Below are positions 1-13,362 of a stretch of 64,000 nucleotides of DNA, in pieces (the first letter of the stretch is position 1; each line of letters starts with the position of its first letter). Under the pieces are notes generated by a model. It had not been told where the DNA came from and made no database searches. It worked only from the letters and a program-made list of their open reading frames with translations. The position numbers and the translations under genes were made by a program. Source of the DNA: Malacoraja senta (Eukaryota); contig CM075983.1 of assembly GCA_038087875.1 (NCBI GenBank), positions 14,136,001-14,200,000 of the forward strand, in the 5' to 3' direction.

Positions 1-249
1 TTACAGCAATGAGGTAGAACTCAGTCATGGTGTACTGATGGAAACATGATAGGTAATTTGCATGCAGCAGGCCACCACAAAGAGATGTGGACCAGATAAC
101 TTGTGTGCCAATGACATCAGTCAAGGTATAAATATTTGTCAGGATATAAATGATCTGGTACTGACCTCTGGGGTATATTATTATTAATTGCCCAAGGGCA
201 CTGAAATAATATATAAATGGTACGGCACAACAGAACGCAGAATCTTTAG

Positions 250-935
250 TACAAGATAGTTCTGCTATAACACAGCAGTTGTGTTCCTAAGAAACCTCAT
301 ATTATAAAAACAATTGTGTCAATGAGGAAAAGGTGATTGGGATTAGAGTTGCAAACTTGCACTAACAACTTTATTTTTTACCTGCAGGAATTTTAAAAAT
401 AAAGATATTTTTCATAACTATAAGTTTATTTTTGTTACTGCAAGGCAATATGTTACATTGTTTAATAGAGTAAAATTTCACAAGTCACTGGAAGTAATAC
501 CCTGTCAAAAAGAGACAACGGTGTACGATTACCGCAGGGAGGCTACATGGCAACATGTTTTTCCAAGACAACTTTTTTTCTGCTTGACATTTTCCAATGT
601 TACTTTTAAGTGAAGATAGAAACAAAGTGCTAGAGTAACTTCGCGGGTCAAGCAGAATCTCTGGAGAAAAAAGATAGGTGATGTTCCAAACATCACCCAT
701 CCTTTTTCTCCAGAGATACTACCTGACCCTCTGAGTTACTCCAGAACTGTGTGTCAATCTTCAGTAAAAATCATCATCTGCAGTTCCTTTCTACACGTTA
801 CTTTTAAGTGGTTCTCTTGTTTCTTGATTTAAATCGTGTTTATAAATACAAATAGCATAGCGTTCTCTAGTGCCCTGATGGCGTTATATCCAACTCGCGT
901 TATATCCAACACGCGTCATAGCAGAACTACCGTGT
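250..935. mobile_element. Old Tc1/mariner (Tigger/pogo-like) MITE, copy 1, interrupted by an inverted Penelope-derived pair
   Basis: Terminal inverted motif TAGTTCTGCTAT...ATAGCAGAACTA with subterminal GCGTTATATCCAA repeats; internal similarity to 53445-54408. Confidence 0.55.
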
Positions 936-1036
936 TACAGAGTAGATACTCAACGAAGCAGTGTGAAGTTCAGAGGGGCAGTAAAAATATAAATGCCTAA
1001 AGCATCCAGCGGGATCAACTCGGGTGAGAAGAACAC

Positions 1037-1321
1037 CAGCTGATAGAGCTGCTGCCTCACAGCGCCAGAAACCCTGGTTCGATCCTGACCTCAGGTGCTG
1101 TCTGTGTGGCATTTGAACGTTCGCCTTGTAACCGCGTGGGTTTCCTCCGGGTGGTCAGGTTTCCTTCCACATCCCAAAGACGTGTGGATTTGTAGGTTAA
1201 TTGGCCGCTGTAAAATACTCCCTGTGAGAAAATGATCTAACTACATGGAACCAGCGTGGACTGGGTGGGCCGAATGGCCTGTTTCCATGCTGTATCTCTA
1301 AACTAAACTAGACTAAACTAA
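1037..1321 (+). mobile_element. HE1-type tRNA-derived V-SINE
   Basis: tRNA-like head with B box GGTTCGATCC, V-domain CGCGTGGGTTTCCTCCGGG, CR1-type tail ending (AAACT)n. Confidence 0.8.
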
Positions 1322-1566
1322 GCGACCACGGGTCTGAGATTGAAACCCCATTGAATGGGATTGAAATACTGTATCCAAGGCAAACGCTTTGGGCTATTTC
1401 CAGACAAACTTTCTGAATGGCCAAAGAAAACACGATGACGGTTCTGGGCGAAAGTCAATAACGAAAATAAATCGTGCAAAGCGCCTGATCGCCGATAGCT
1501 GGGGAAAAGGGGAGAGGGAGAGAGACTGGAAGTGAGTGTATTACATGCAGCGTCAGACTAACTCAC

Positions 1567-1630
1567 CGCCCGCGTTACTGTGCGGCTCGTAACGGAGTCC
1601 ACAACCCCGGTTATAACACAGCTCTGACAT
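1567..1630 (-). CDS. CHORDC1: First coding exon of a CHORD-domain Hsp90 co-chaperone (CHORDC1/ITGB1BP2 family); the rest of the gene lies left of the window
   Basis: Minus strand reads ATG TCA GAG CTG TGT TAT AAC CGG GGT TGT GGA ... = [21 protein letters not shown]+G, then a GTGAGT donor (1566-1561). This matches the CHORD-I N-terminus (human CHORDC1 [21 protein letters not shown]). The 64-nt exon is phase 1. The melusin paralogue ITGB1BP2 cannot be excluded from 21 codons. Confidence 0.8.
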
Positions 1631-1810
1631 CTCGTCACCTTCACTCCGTGCGCTGTTCCTCGGGAATTTCAATCAGATCCGGCTCGACGGGATTTAAATG
1701 GTTGCAGTCTGTTCCAGAAGCGTCTTTCTGCGGCCTGGAAATTCAAGAAGCGAGATAAGAATGGCGAGGAATGCCTTGCGCGCAGGAGGAGGCGTGGGAT
1801 TAGCGTGTTG
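1631..1810 (-). promoter_or_regulatory. CpG-rich promoter/5'UTR of the CHORD gene with HSE-like, NRF1-like and GC-box motifs
   Basis: TTCnnGAA at 1712-1719, GGAnnTTCnnGAA at 1737-1749, TGCGCGCA at 1777-1784, GGAGGCGTGG near 1787-1797, TTTAAAT near 1693-1699; locally high CpG density. Confidence 0.55.
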
Positions 1811-2204
1811 CCCAAAGATAGTCAGGCCAGCCAGACATGCTCCCAGCGTCCAGTCTCCCGGAGAGAGACAGCTGGCAGCAGCCAGGCTGACAGCTTTTCC
1901 CTGAAGGGGTGGGGGTGGAGCTCAGGCAAAACGTTCTTCAAACACATTGCTACCCAGCTGAGGCCCTGCTTGCAATATCAGCCAACTTCTTCCCGTTCTG
2001 AACTGCTCGCCAATTTCACACGCTGGAATAGATGCATGGTTTTCCTGGCAATTTTATGTCCTTGATTGTGTTGCTTCTGGACGAGTCACGGGTTATCTGA
2101 GCTCAGAGTGGGAGGTGTGACAATGTGTCGCACTGAGGTCTTTCCCCCCCCCAACGTCCACATTCTTATGCACGGTATTTGGGCGAAGGCAATCTCCCTG
2201 ACTA

Positions 2205-2775
2205 TTCATAAGTGATAGGAGCAGAATTATGCCATTCGGCACATCAAGTCTACTCCGCCACTCATTCAATCGTGGCTGATCTATCTCTCCCTCTCAACCC
2301 ATTTTCCCCATAACCCCCCACACTTTCATCAAGAATCCATCTCTGCCTTAAAAAATATCCACTGTTTTGGCCTCCAGAGTCCATGGCAAGGAATTCCAGA
2401 TTCACCACCCTCTGACTGAAGAAATTCCTCATCTCCTTCCTAAAGGAATGTCCTTTAATTCTGAGGCTCTGACCTCTGGTCCTAGACTCTCCCACTAGTG
2501 GAACCATCCTCTCGACATCCACTTTATCTAAGCCATTCACTATTCTGTACGCTTCACTGAGGTCGCTCCTCATTCTTCTAAATTGCAGAGGGTGGAAGGC
2601 CAGTGCTATCGAACGCTCATCAGAGGTACATCATGGGATCATTCTCGTAAACTTCATCTGGACCCTCTCCAGCGCCAGCACATCCTTCCTCAGATATGGG
2701 GCCCAAAATTGCTTACAATACTCCAAATGTGGTCTGGCCAGTGACTTATGGAGCCTCAGCATTGCATTCCAGTTG
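2205..2775 (-). mobile_element. CR1/HER1-type LINE 3' fragment
   Basis: Minus-strand ORF ...GESRTRGQSLRIKG...FFSQRVVNL is typical of the CR1 ORF2 C-terminus, followed by a CR1 3'UTR. Confidence 0.85.
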
Positions 2776-5049
2776 CTGAGACCCTAGAGACTCAATGGTG
2801 TTTTTATTGTCATGTGTGTGAAGTGCCAACACACAGTGGAATTCTTTTCTTACACATAGTAGAGTATTGCCATCCTCCCCCTATTAGCAAGTGTAGCTTG
2901 GGTTCATCCTTTTCTTGGTCAGCCGTGCAGGGAATGTGATTTGTTCTGTACCTTTAGTTCTAGTTTCTCCCTCCCGACTCTCAGTCTGAAGAAGGGTCTG
3001 ACCCAAACTACCATCTATTCCTTTTTTCCAGAGATGCTGCCTGACCGTTGAGTTACTCCAGCAATGCGTGTCTATCTTTGGTGTAAACCAGCATCTGCTG
3101 TTCCTTCCAGCACATTTAGAAATAGTCTACTGAGCCCGCCTGCAAGAGGCACCATATTTTGTCACCATTTCCAAAGTACAGTACACACTCTAGTTCTTAT
3201 GATTGGTTCCCGTTCCAGGTGAGCCCCCAGGCTATTGCTAGCCTCCAGCCTTCACCTTCCTGGGACATGATGTCCCTCTCCTCAGCCGTCCACCTTTGTT
3301 CCATGAGGGCATGGTAGGCTAGATCCTAGTTCCCTCTCCTATTGGCCTTGCTCCTCCCAGTCTATGGTCTTTGGGGGATGAGTAGGGGCTGGCTTGGCAG
3401 CCTCCCCCTTCCTCTCTCCTCAGCTGGGAAGGAATTATTCACTCTGCCAGTCCTACACAAATTTCCCATTTTCTATCTTTAGTAAACTCACACAGAACTG
3501 GGATCACTGGTATCTTCAATTATCAGCAAATTTCTTTAACATCAATACCAAAGATCCTATAGCAGATAGGATCTTTGATCAATACTACACTCTCTGCCTG
3601 CACCGGTTGGAGTGTTGAATGAGTTGTTTCTACAACTTCACTGACATTACTCTTCCAGCTGGATATTGAGTTACTTTTAATATAGTGATGACACATCTTG
3701 AACTAAGATCAGAAACGAAGGGAATTAGCCTGAGAAAAGTATTTGTGCGGAATTGTTTTCAAACAGGCTTTTATTAAAATCTCACACCATGAAATGCACG
3801 AGGGGTTTCAATTATTTTCACTTTCACTTTCACACCTTTATTGTTGGTAAAAAAGTGCTGTTGAAAATGATCTGTGAAATCATTCCGGTTACCATCCTGA
3901 TTCTGAGTCAGGTTACAGATAAGAGTGCAATACAAAAGGTAAATTGCGTGTACTAATCTAATCTCCAACCAGATAACTTTCTCCTCTTTGCAAGAAATTA
4001 AATTGTTCAAAGAAATATAATTTTACTTGATGCTGTATAATTTTTTTTTCTCCTCATGTCACCCATTCCTCATCCCAGAGATTACTTCAATCTTTAACGA
4101 GTGTAATGTATTATCAGAGATAGAAATAAATTCAAGATGATGTCTGCCTATTGCGTTGAAACTATTCTTATTCATTACTCAGCATATATGTGCGCACAAC
4201 TATATAATGTCCACAAATACCTTCTGAAATTACACAAGAGAAAAAGGTCAGAAAAATTATACATTAAAAGGAGAAAGTTTAAGAGAGAGACAAGGAAAGG
4301 TTTTCAATGCCACCTTTATTCATCTGCACAAGCACCAGCCTCAGAACTTCAATATCTATGTGCAGCCTCGGAGGTCCGCTACACAGTTGTTGCGTCTGTA
4401 ATTCCTATTAAAAAAAGTACTGTCGACAACGTGTTGATTTTAAACTTAGCAAAATGCTGCTCGGTGTTTTACCTGTTGTAGGACATGGGACATGAGCAAT
4501 GTAATCAAGTGAGTCAGAACAAGCTAGCCACAGAACTGTAGAAATCTGGTGGTGGGAATGGCATTTCCAAGAGTGCCTATTTTTTTGAAAACACTAAACA
4601 CATTTGCCTCCATTGGCATCACATCCTTATATGCTTTGCCTATTTAAATATCTGTCAAAGTGCCTCTTAAATGCAATTATATAAAGTGCCCCACCTGCTC
4701 TGGCAATATTCCAGATGGAAACCATTCCCTACAATGTTTAGCTCCTCCTTAAAGCTCCTTCCACATCTTAAAACTGTCCTTATTTTTTGACACGTAGCAT
4801 TGAATAAAGATTGCCTATTTATATCTTTCATATTCTTGTATACCTCTCAGGTCATTCCTCCGCCTCTTTTACTGAAACCTAGCCAATCTCTCCCATTAAC
4901 TAACAAGTCCTCCAATCCATGTGATATTTGCGAATCTCTTCTACATTCTTTCCAGTGTGGCAACCAGAACTGCATTCTGTTATTCTTTTTGCATCACAAA
5001 CAAGAGTTACTGGTGCTCTACTTAAAGTTTGGAGATATTCAGTTGTAAC

Positions 5050-5545
5050 AGAATACTCTACAGATGCACTGTCAAACATATCCTGACTGATTACCTAATG
5101 ACCTGGTACAAACAATTCCAATGCACACAACGCACAATGCAGCAGCGAATAGTAATATCAGCCCGTCCATTGCAGGAACAGACCTCCCTACATCAAAAGC
5201 CCTCTTCATGAGGCATTGCCTCAAGAAGGCAGCATCGTTCGTAGGATCCTCGGCATCAGGGCAAGGCCCTCTTGTTGCTGCTACATTGGGCAGGATGTCC
5301 CAGAGGCCAGATGCCACATCACCAGATTCAGGAACTCTACTTTCCTACTACCATTACCACCACTTCCTCCAGATCAAAACAGCACTACCATGGACTTGTT
5401 TTCTTATTGTGTTTTGTATTTTTTTTTTATTGTCTTGCAGAGATTGTGCAATTTATGTAGAATTTATGTTTGTGTTGTGCAAGTCCATGTGCCTGTGACT
5501 GCTGCAAGATTTGCATTATAGTTGTACATCACATATTTGACTAAC
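5050..5545 (+). mobile_element. Degenerate Rex1/Babar LINE 3' fragment
   Basis: Remnants YRCTVKHILT..TWY and ITRFRNS, plus the characteristic 3' tail. Confidence 0.6.
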
Positions 5546-5879
5546 CTGTCTGTTTGATTTTCACCAAAACTGGAAAACAGAACTTGCAGCGCAACGCCCA
5601 TGTTGACGACTCTCCACAAGTAGCTTGTTATCCATCTGTTGCAAACAATTCTTGATCTACATTCCTGTTCAAATATCTTCAAAAGGCATCCTCACACATA
5701 CACACAATTTCATTCACATTAAAATCTCAAAATTAAAAGTAACCAGATATGTCCCATGTACAATTGTGAAATTCACATTAGAAGGAAATTACAGCCAAAG
5801 TTAATTTCAACTAAATATTTTTGATCTCAAATTAAAATGGTCTGAAAAATTGTTACTATATTTACCACTTGTAGCACAC

Positions 5880-6792
5880 ATCCAATTAGTAGCAAATTTG
5901 CAGATGACAAAGCTGGGTGGCAGTGTGAGCTGTGAGGAGGATGCTATGAGAATGCAGGGTGACTTGGACAGGTTGGGTGAGTGGGCAGATGCAGTTTAAT
6001 GTGGATAAATGTGAGGTTATCCACTTTGGTAGCAAAAACAGGAAGGCAGATTACTATCCAAATGGTGTCAAGTTGGCAAAAGGGGACGTACAACAGGATC
6101 TGGGGGTACTTGTTCATCAGTCAATGAAAGTAAGCATGCAGCTCCAGCAGGCAGTGAAGAAAGCGAATGGCATGTTGTCCTTCATAACAAGAGGAGTTGA
6201 GTATAGGAGCAAAGAGGTCCTTCTGCAGTTGTATAGGGCTGGATTGAAACCACACCTGGAGTATTGTGTGCAGTTTTGGTCCCCTAAAGACATTCTTGCT
6301 ATTTAGGGAGTGCAGCGTAGGTTTGCAAGGTTAATTCCCGGGATGGTGGGACTGTCATATGCTGAGAGAATGGAGTGGCTGGGCTTTTTTACTCTGGAGT
6401 TTAGAAGGATGAGAGGGTATCTTATTGAAACATAAGATTAAGGGTTTGGACACGCTAGAGGCAGGAAACATGTTCTCGATGTTGGGGGAGTCCAGAACCA
6501 GGGGCCACAGTTTCAGAATAATGGGTAAGCCATTTAGAAAGGAGACGAGGAAACATTTTTTTCTCACAGAGAGTTGTGAGTCTGTGGAATTCTCTGCCTC
6601 AGAGGGTGGTGGAGGCCGGTTCTCTGGATACTTTCAAGAGAGAGCTAGATAGGGCTCTTAAAGATAGCGGAGTCAGGGGACATGGGGAGAAGGCAGGAAC
6701 GGGGTACTGATTGGGGAAGATCAGCCATGATCACATTAAATGGTGGTGCTGGCTTGAAGGGCCGAATGGCCTACTCCTGCACCTATTGTCTA
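5880..6792 (+). mobile_element. CR1/HER1-type LINE 3' fragment
   Basis: SKFADD remnant, [35 protein letters not shown]; frameshifted. Confidence 0.9.
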
Positions 6793-7464
6793 TAAGTTCA
6801 AATTATAAAAACATGAAATTTGATGAAATTTATTCAATATTCTTTAGGCGCATTCTGGAGCATAGTTTCGCTTTCCAGAAAGACATGGATTATCCTCACT
6901 GCATTTTGGTACCGTTTTAATAATAATTTCTGCCAATATTCCAATCACATTCACTTCATGAAACAGCTACATTTGATTTCTTTACACCCTCCCAATTTAA
7001 ATAGCACTCCCTACAAAATGAACCTAATCCTCTTTCACAAGATTCATTTTTAAAGTCTATTTTTCCCTCCCATAAAGGATTGGATTCCAACTTCTTAATG
7101 TTTCCTTCTTACTTGGAATGAATTCAAATTGGGACTTTTCACAAGAGCAATATTTACCCAAAGCATACTATTCCTTGGTGAATTTATGCAGATCAAACAT
7201 CCAGGTTATAAAGATGAAGTAACTTGGAAACCAACCAGCTTCAAACTAGCTAATTTTTGATGATTCAACCAGCTACAGAAAAGAGATGGGACCATTTTTA
7301 ACCTGTTATTTTTTTGTTAAAGCAGAGCACATTTCAGATACTAGAACTGCCAACCATGCGGTTTCAGGTACAGGTTGCACAGGTCGACCAGAATGATTCC
7401 AACCTTGGATGTCACGACCATTGGATCTTATAATTAGCAGAACCCACTGATAACAAATAGGTAC

Positions 7465-7554
7465 ACAAAAATGCTGGAGAAACTCAGCGGGTGCAGCAGC
7501 ATCTATGGAGCGAAGGAAACAGGCAACGTTTCGGGCTGAAACCCTTCTTCAGAC
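7465..7554 (-). mobile_element. Short Penelope-derived unit flanked by a TSD
   Basis: 13-bp TSD AACAAATAGGTAC at 7452 and 7555; 5' end GTCTGAAGAAGGGTTTCAGCCCGAAACGTTG. Confidence 0.75.
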
Positions 7555-7567
7555 AACAAATAGGTAC

Positions 7568-9160
7568 TTGGTTAAAAGCCAAAAATCCAAATGCTCGCCA
7601 CAGTAGTTTATCGCTGGAGCTCAAAAATAAGAAATGAGCAACTACTCTAATGGGATTATATTATAGGCCACCCAATTGCCAGCAGGAGATAGAGGAGCAG
7701 ATATGGACAGATTACAGAAGGATGCAAGCACCACAGGGTTGTTGCAGTTGGTGACTTTAACTTCCCCAAATATTTTCTAGGACTTACTCAGGGCAAGATG
7801 ATTAGATGGGGCAGAATTTGTTTGGTGCATCCAAGAGGGTTTCGTTAAACAACATGTGGATAGTCCGACTCGAGGAGGGACAATATTTTACTATGTGTTG
7901 GGAAACGAGCCTGGCCAGGTGACTGGTGTTGAGGTGGAAGAAGAATTTGGTGATAGTGATCACAACTCCATCAACTTTAAAATTGTTTTGAATAGGGACA
8001 GGTTTGGATGTTGGGGAAAGGTATTTAATGAGGGGCATGGCAGATTACAATGTCATCAGACAGGAGCTCGGGAGGGTACATTAGGCTCAATTGTTATTGG
8101 GCAAATCCACAAATGACATGTGGGAGTCATTTAAAAGCCAGCTGATCAAAGTGCAGCATCGGTATGTTCCAGTGAGGCAGGATAAGGATAGCAAGCCAAG
8201 GGAACCGTAGATGACCAACAAAGTTGTAAGCTTGGTCAGGAAGAGAAAGGAAGCGCATATCAGGTTAAAGGTGGCAACAGTCAGGGCTTACAATGAATAT
8301 AATGCCAGTAGGAAAGCGCTCAAGCAGGCAATTGGAAGGGGCCATGAAATGTCATTAGCAAGGCGGATTAAGGAAATTTCAAGGCTTTTTATATGTACGT
8401 TAAAAATAAGAGGGTGAGCAAGAAGGTAGGACCGCTCAAAGGGGGAATCTATACCGGAGTCGGAGGATGAAGGCGAGGTACTAAACAAGTACTTTGGATC
8501 TGTATTCACCAAGGGCTTGGAGGTAGAGAATACCAATTTGCTAAGTTTGAGATTGAAAAGGAGGTGGTGCTAAGCTCTTGAAGAACATGAAGACAGGTAA
8601 GTCCCCAGGGCTGGAGAGGATCTATGTTAGGATACGGAGAGAAGCAAGAGAGGAGATTCATAGAAAACAGAGGGTTGTGGTGGAAGGTAGATATTCTGGC
8701 TGGAGGTCTGTGACGAGTGGAGTTCCACAGGGATCTGTGCTAGAATCTCTGCTGTTTGTTATACATGTGACCCAGATCTAAATGTAGGTGGGCTGGTGAG
8801 TAAGTTTGCTGAAGACACCAAAATTAGAGTTGCAAACAGTGAGGAAGGCTGTCAGAAGAAACAGCGGGATACAGATCTGCTGCAGAAATGGGCCGAGAAT
8901 TGGCAGATGGACTTTATTTTCAAGTGTGAGATGTTATATTTTTGGGAAGATTAACGCACGGAAACTACAAACACACACATAGTGGTGGGTACCTGGAACA
9001 CATTGCCAAGGGCAGGTATGATAGTGGCATTTAAGCAGCTTTTAGATAGACACATGGATTTTAGTGGAATGGAGAGGTATACCACTTGCAGGCAGATGAG
9101 ATCAGTTCGGCTTCAAACATGTGGGCTGACAGATGCATTCCAGTGCTGATCTATGTTAGT
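7568..9160 (+). mobile_element. Degenerate, internally deleted CR1 LINE
   Basis: Endonuclease remnants (YYRPP, GDFNFP, SDHNSI) and RT remnants ([20 protein letters not shown]) with stops and frameshifts. Confidence 0.8.
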
Positions 9161-9972
9161 ATGACCAATACACTACAGTACAGACAAGTCACTGAGTCTT
9201 TGCTCCAAGTTTTACACTGGTTATATTTTTAAGCTTTTATACATTTAAGCAACTCCAAAAATTATTTAAACAAGTTTTTAAAAGCAGGCATATCCAACCC
9301 ATTGACAGAAATAAGTGTTGTATCAACACATACCCGTGTTAAATTGAATCATACAATTACTAAATATCATATATTTGTCATGATTTAGTTAAAGAGTACT
9401 TTTTTCCTTAGTTAAACAATTCCTCTACTTCAGGAATTCTGAACTACAGAAAATTGAAACATTTCAAGATGTCAATTCCTTCTGGTTTTGACCGCTCAAT
9501 TAGTGTCAGACATTTGTTCCGAATTCCAGCAAGCAAACTTTAAAGACCACTTTCCATTTGTTCATTCTGCAGCAAGAGGTTCATTAATGACCATCTGTAG
9601 GGCAGACTTCAACTAGGGTTAGAAAAAGGGGTGAACAAAATCCAGATTTGGAAGTATTGAGAATGCATAGATCAATGAAATGCAGGTGCATCAAGAATAA
9701 AAACCAAAGCAATTGGTCTTTGGGCATAAAGGCTGTCCCTGTGCTGCAAAAAGATCAGTGCGAGAAGCCAGCTGTAGTTCCCTTTGTAAATTAAAAAGCA
9801 AGCAAGACCAACTGTATCATCTCTACCACGATCCACACATGCTCATGCTGCAGACTTACAGACCAGATACGAACCAAATAGCACAGATCAATGCTGAAAA
9901 CTAATTCAGTCATCAAGGGGAATCATGGCACTATTCTAGAAAAAAGTAATTTTAAATAAGTTGTATTTAATG

Positions 9973-10073
9973 CCAGTCTGAAGAAGGGTCCCGACCTGAA
10001 ACGTCACCCATCCTTTTTTCCCCAGAGATGCTGCCTGACCCACTGAGTTACTCCAGCACTTTATGTCTATCTT
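9973..10073 (+). mobile_element. Short Penelope-derived unit beginning with a hammerhead-like motif, flanked by a TSD
   Basis: CAGTCTGAAGAAGGGTCCCGACCTGAAACGTCACC...; 12-bp TSD TTGTATTTAATG at 9961 and 10074. Confidence 0.75.
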
Positions 10074-12752
10074 TTGTATTTAATGTCAACTTGGAGCACC
10101 ACTGACTGACAATTTTGCTACAAGTTTGGTAATGGTTCAAACACTCTTCAGCTTCTCCCCAATAATAAAGATGGTTTATAAAGTTTAGTTAGGATTGAAA
10201 TAATTCTTTAGTGTCAAGTCAGGCTCTGCCTTTGGATACGAGCCAAGTCTGCACCAGGTGAAATCATCACACCCTCTGCAGAGTTAAACGCACACTTAGA
10301 AAAACAAAACCAAGGCTTTGAGGTACAAGAACCCCATTTCAAGTGCCAATCTCTTTGTGATGGAAGTTAGGAGGAAAATCCCTCTCAAATTTGCACAGGT
10401 TAGACCGAACGTAGACCAGCTCAGCAAAATCTGGTCCTTTCTATCTGTGCAATGGTGTTTGTACATGTGGGAGATAAACTCATTGATGGAAAGTTGTCCT
10501 TTATCTCAAGGTCACTAGAATTTGAAAGATTTGAAACCAGGTGTTATTCCCAATTGTGCATTGTATCAATCAAATCTTAATTGAGGTACTTTTGTGGAAG
10601 TAGATCAATAGATTTATACTATTAGAATGATACTAATATTTAAGGGATTCAATTATGAGCACAGGTTCCACAAATTTGGTTCAATGGCAAATTATCTGAA
10701 GTTTTTAAAATAAAGGATCTGACAGGGTATATTCAGAGATATAAGGAACTGCAGATGTTGGTTTACAAAAGAAAACGAGCAACTCAGTGGGTTAGGCAGC
10801 ATTTCTGGAGAACTTGGATAGCAACGTTTCAGGTCAGGATCCTTCACCCAACCCGAAATGTCACCTATGCATATTCTCCAGAGATGCTGCCTGACCTACT
10901 GAATTACACCAGCACTGAATGTCTTAGTGTAGATCCCGTCCTACTCAACCGTAAAATCTATTTTAAAATGACAACCAAAGGGATGGAAATCAATTTTGCT
11001 ACAAAACAAAAAAAAGCAGCTGTCATTTTTAGGTCAAAGTTCAAAAATTGAGACTAATAGAACTTTGATAATGAAGGATAGAGTATAGATCTAGGATATT
11101 CAAATGAATTGAAGTCCAATCACCCACAATCAAATTGAATGGCGAAACAACCAAACACTAATGTACAGTTCAGGCCTTACAAATTTCAGTTTTTAAATCA
11201 CCCTGCAGCATGACTTAGTCCTAGCCAACATTAAGAATACTACACTACTTTGAGATACATGCCACTTAAATTGTTTTTTTAAATCAAAGAACCTATGGCA
11301 AGGTTGCACATGCACTACAGCAGAATCAATATCACTCGCGTTTCTACTCCAAACTATTGAATTGAAGGGAAAGGGTGGGACAAATCTTTGAGATTTAATA
11401 CAGCAGTAATCTCATTCTATAAGAATTAACAGTATTTTTTTCTTTGGAAAAACTCCAAGCATGCAAACCATACACCAGAAAAGCAAGATTTCTTGACTCT
11501 GACAAAACTCTAAATGGAACATTCCAAAGCATCTGCAACATGATTGATGGATTTCAAAGCACAACATTTCTCTGTCATCAAGTATCCTCCTGGCATTTTT
11601 AAATAACCATGGACACTACCCAACCATTCGAGTTTTTAATTTTAAAAAGGACCCATTACTAAGAGCACATGCTGAAATATTTGCAATCGTTGTTGAAGCC
11701 AACTTTAACCACAACTATCCTCAAAAGCAAGAGTATCTCAAGTTCTCCATCCCAGAATACAGCTGGTAGAAATTAAATTTAAAGTCTCCCAAATAAAACA
11801 GCAGTCACAACATCTTAGTCTGATCAATCCAAATCCCAATGATCATGGACACTTCTTCCCACCAAATGGAGAAACAAGAGACCGAAGATGCTGTAGTCTT
11901 GAGTGAAAAACAAACTACTGGAGGGACTCAGCAAGACAGTCAGTATCTGCAAAGGGAAAAGGATAGACAACCCCTTACCTGGGTCAACCCATCACTTGCT
12001 AGCTCTTGCCACACACACACACACACACCTCCCCCCTCGCCCCTTTCTACCACCTATCTCCCTTCTACTCCTTCAGTTCAAAGAATGACCCTGGCATGTC
12101 CATTTCCCTGCCCACTTGCTGCCTGACATGCTGAGTTTCCCCTAGCAGTTTTATTACCTATCCTACAAAATAGCAATTCTATAATTGGCCTCACCATCCC
12201 AAGATCAATAGGGGGGGAAAAAAAGACAACAGCAGGGTTCCCGCTCCTGATCACTATCTAGTGATTTTGTTGCAAGATTTATAATTAGACATTGGATCAG
12301 AAGAGCTTCAGGCTGAGCTACGATTCCACGGTGATCGGGTAGTCCATTCAGATTCAATGTCTGGACCTGCATGTGATGAAGCTACCTAGATAAGCCACAA
12401 GAGGGGGTTGCATCCAATAAGACAATGCTTTCAAAATGGAAAGGGAAACAAACAAACAAAACGAGTTTCAGATAATCAGAAAAAAGTAGGGAAAGATTTG
12501 CCTCCCAAGTTATTGCTGTTTCTCCAAAGCAGGAACATTCTCTTTTGTACAGATGTTGATATTGAAAGATCTTCTGCAGTCATTCATCTTCAATAGGATA
12601 AATCCTTAATATAATTCTATGGATTGATGAGGAATACTCAAGTTAGTGTCAATCAAGTGAATACAAATCACTTGGATGCAAAGACTCTGGGAAATTTCTT
12701 AAGTTCCTTAAAAAGTGTTCATTGACTAGCCTTTGCAGAGTACAAGCAGTTT

Positions 12753-12805
12753 TCATAAGATCATACAGCAATTACTCTCTCCAGTTTTCTCCCGATTTCT
12801 TTGAC
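12753..12805 (-). CDS. UBL3: UBL3 coding exon 5 (GQRNREKTGESNCCMIL*) with C-terminal CaaX prenylation motif
   Basis: TGCAG acceptor and TGA at 12755-12753. The five exons sum to 351 nt = 116 aa + stop. Confidence 0.97.
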
Positions 12806-13362
12806 CTGCACAAATAAAAGCAAACAAATTATCAGAGTTATTTTGCTATGACCACATTTTAAACTTAACTTAGTATTTAGTTTTTTTTTTGCAATCATTT
12901 TAGTCAGATAATGCTTTGCCAACTTCACAAATTAAAAATCAACTCTTTCTTTGCTCCCTTTGCCTCCCTCATAATAAAATGGCAAGAGACCAGAGCAGAA
13001 CTGAAGGGCCTCATGTGTCTGCTGGTTCCAGACATCAACAATTAAACTCCAATAATCCAGCATCCAATGCTTGGAAATCCTCATGGTTTAACATCGGGAA
13101 TATAGACAATAGGTGCAGGAGCAGGCCATTTGGCCCTTCGACCCAGCACTGCCATTCAATGTGATCATGGCTGATCATCACTAATGGACAAGACTCAGTA
13201 AGAAATTCTAATGATATGCTGGACTATTGCCAGGATCATAAAATCCTATCACACTGAAGGTTATTGCTTCCAGGAGATAAAGTTGCTCAGGAACAAACAT
13301 TGATTTTAAATTACAACTTAAAGGCATTTCATGTGAGAGTGCAGATGAAGTGACAACCTTAC

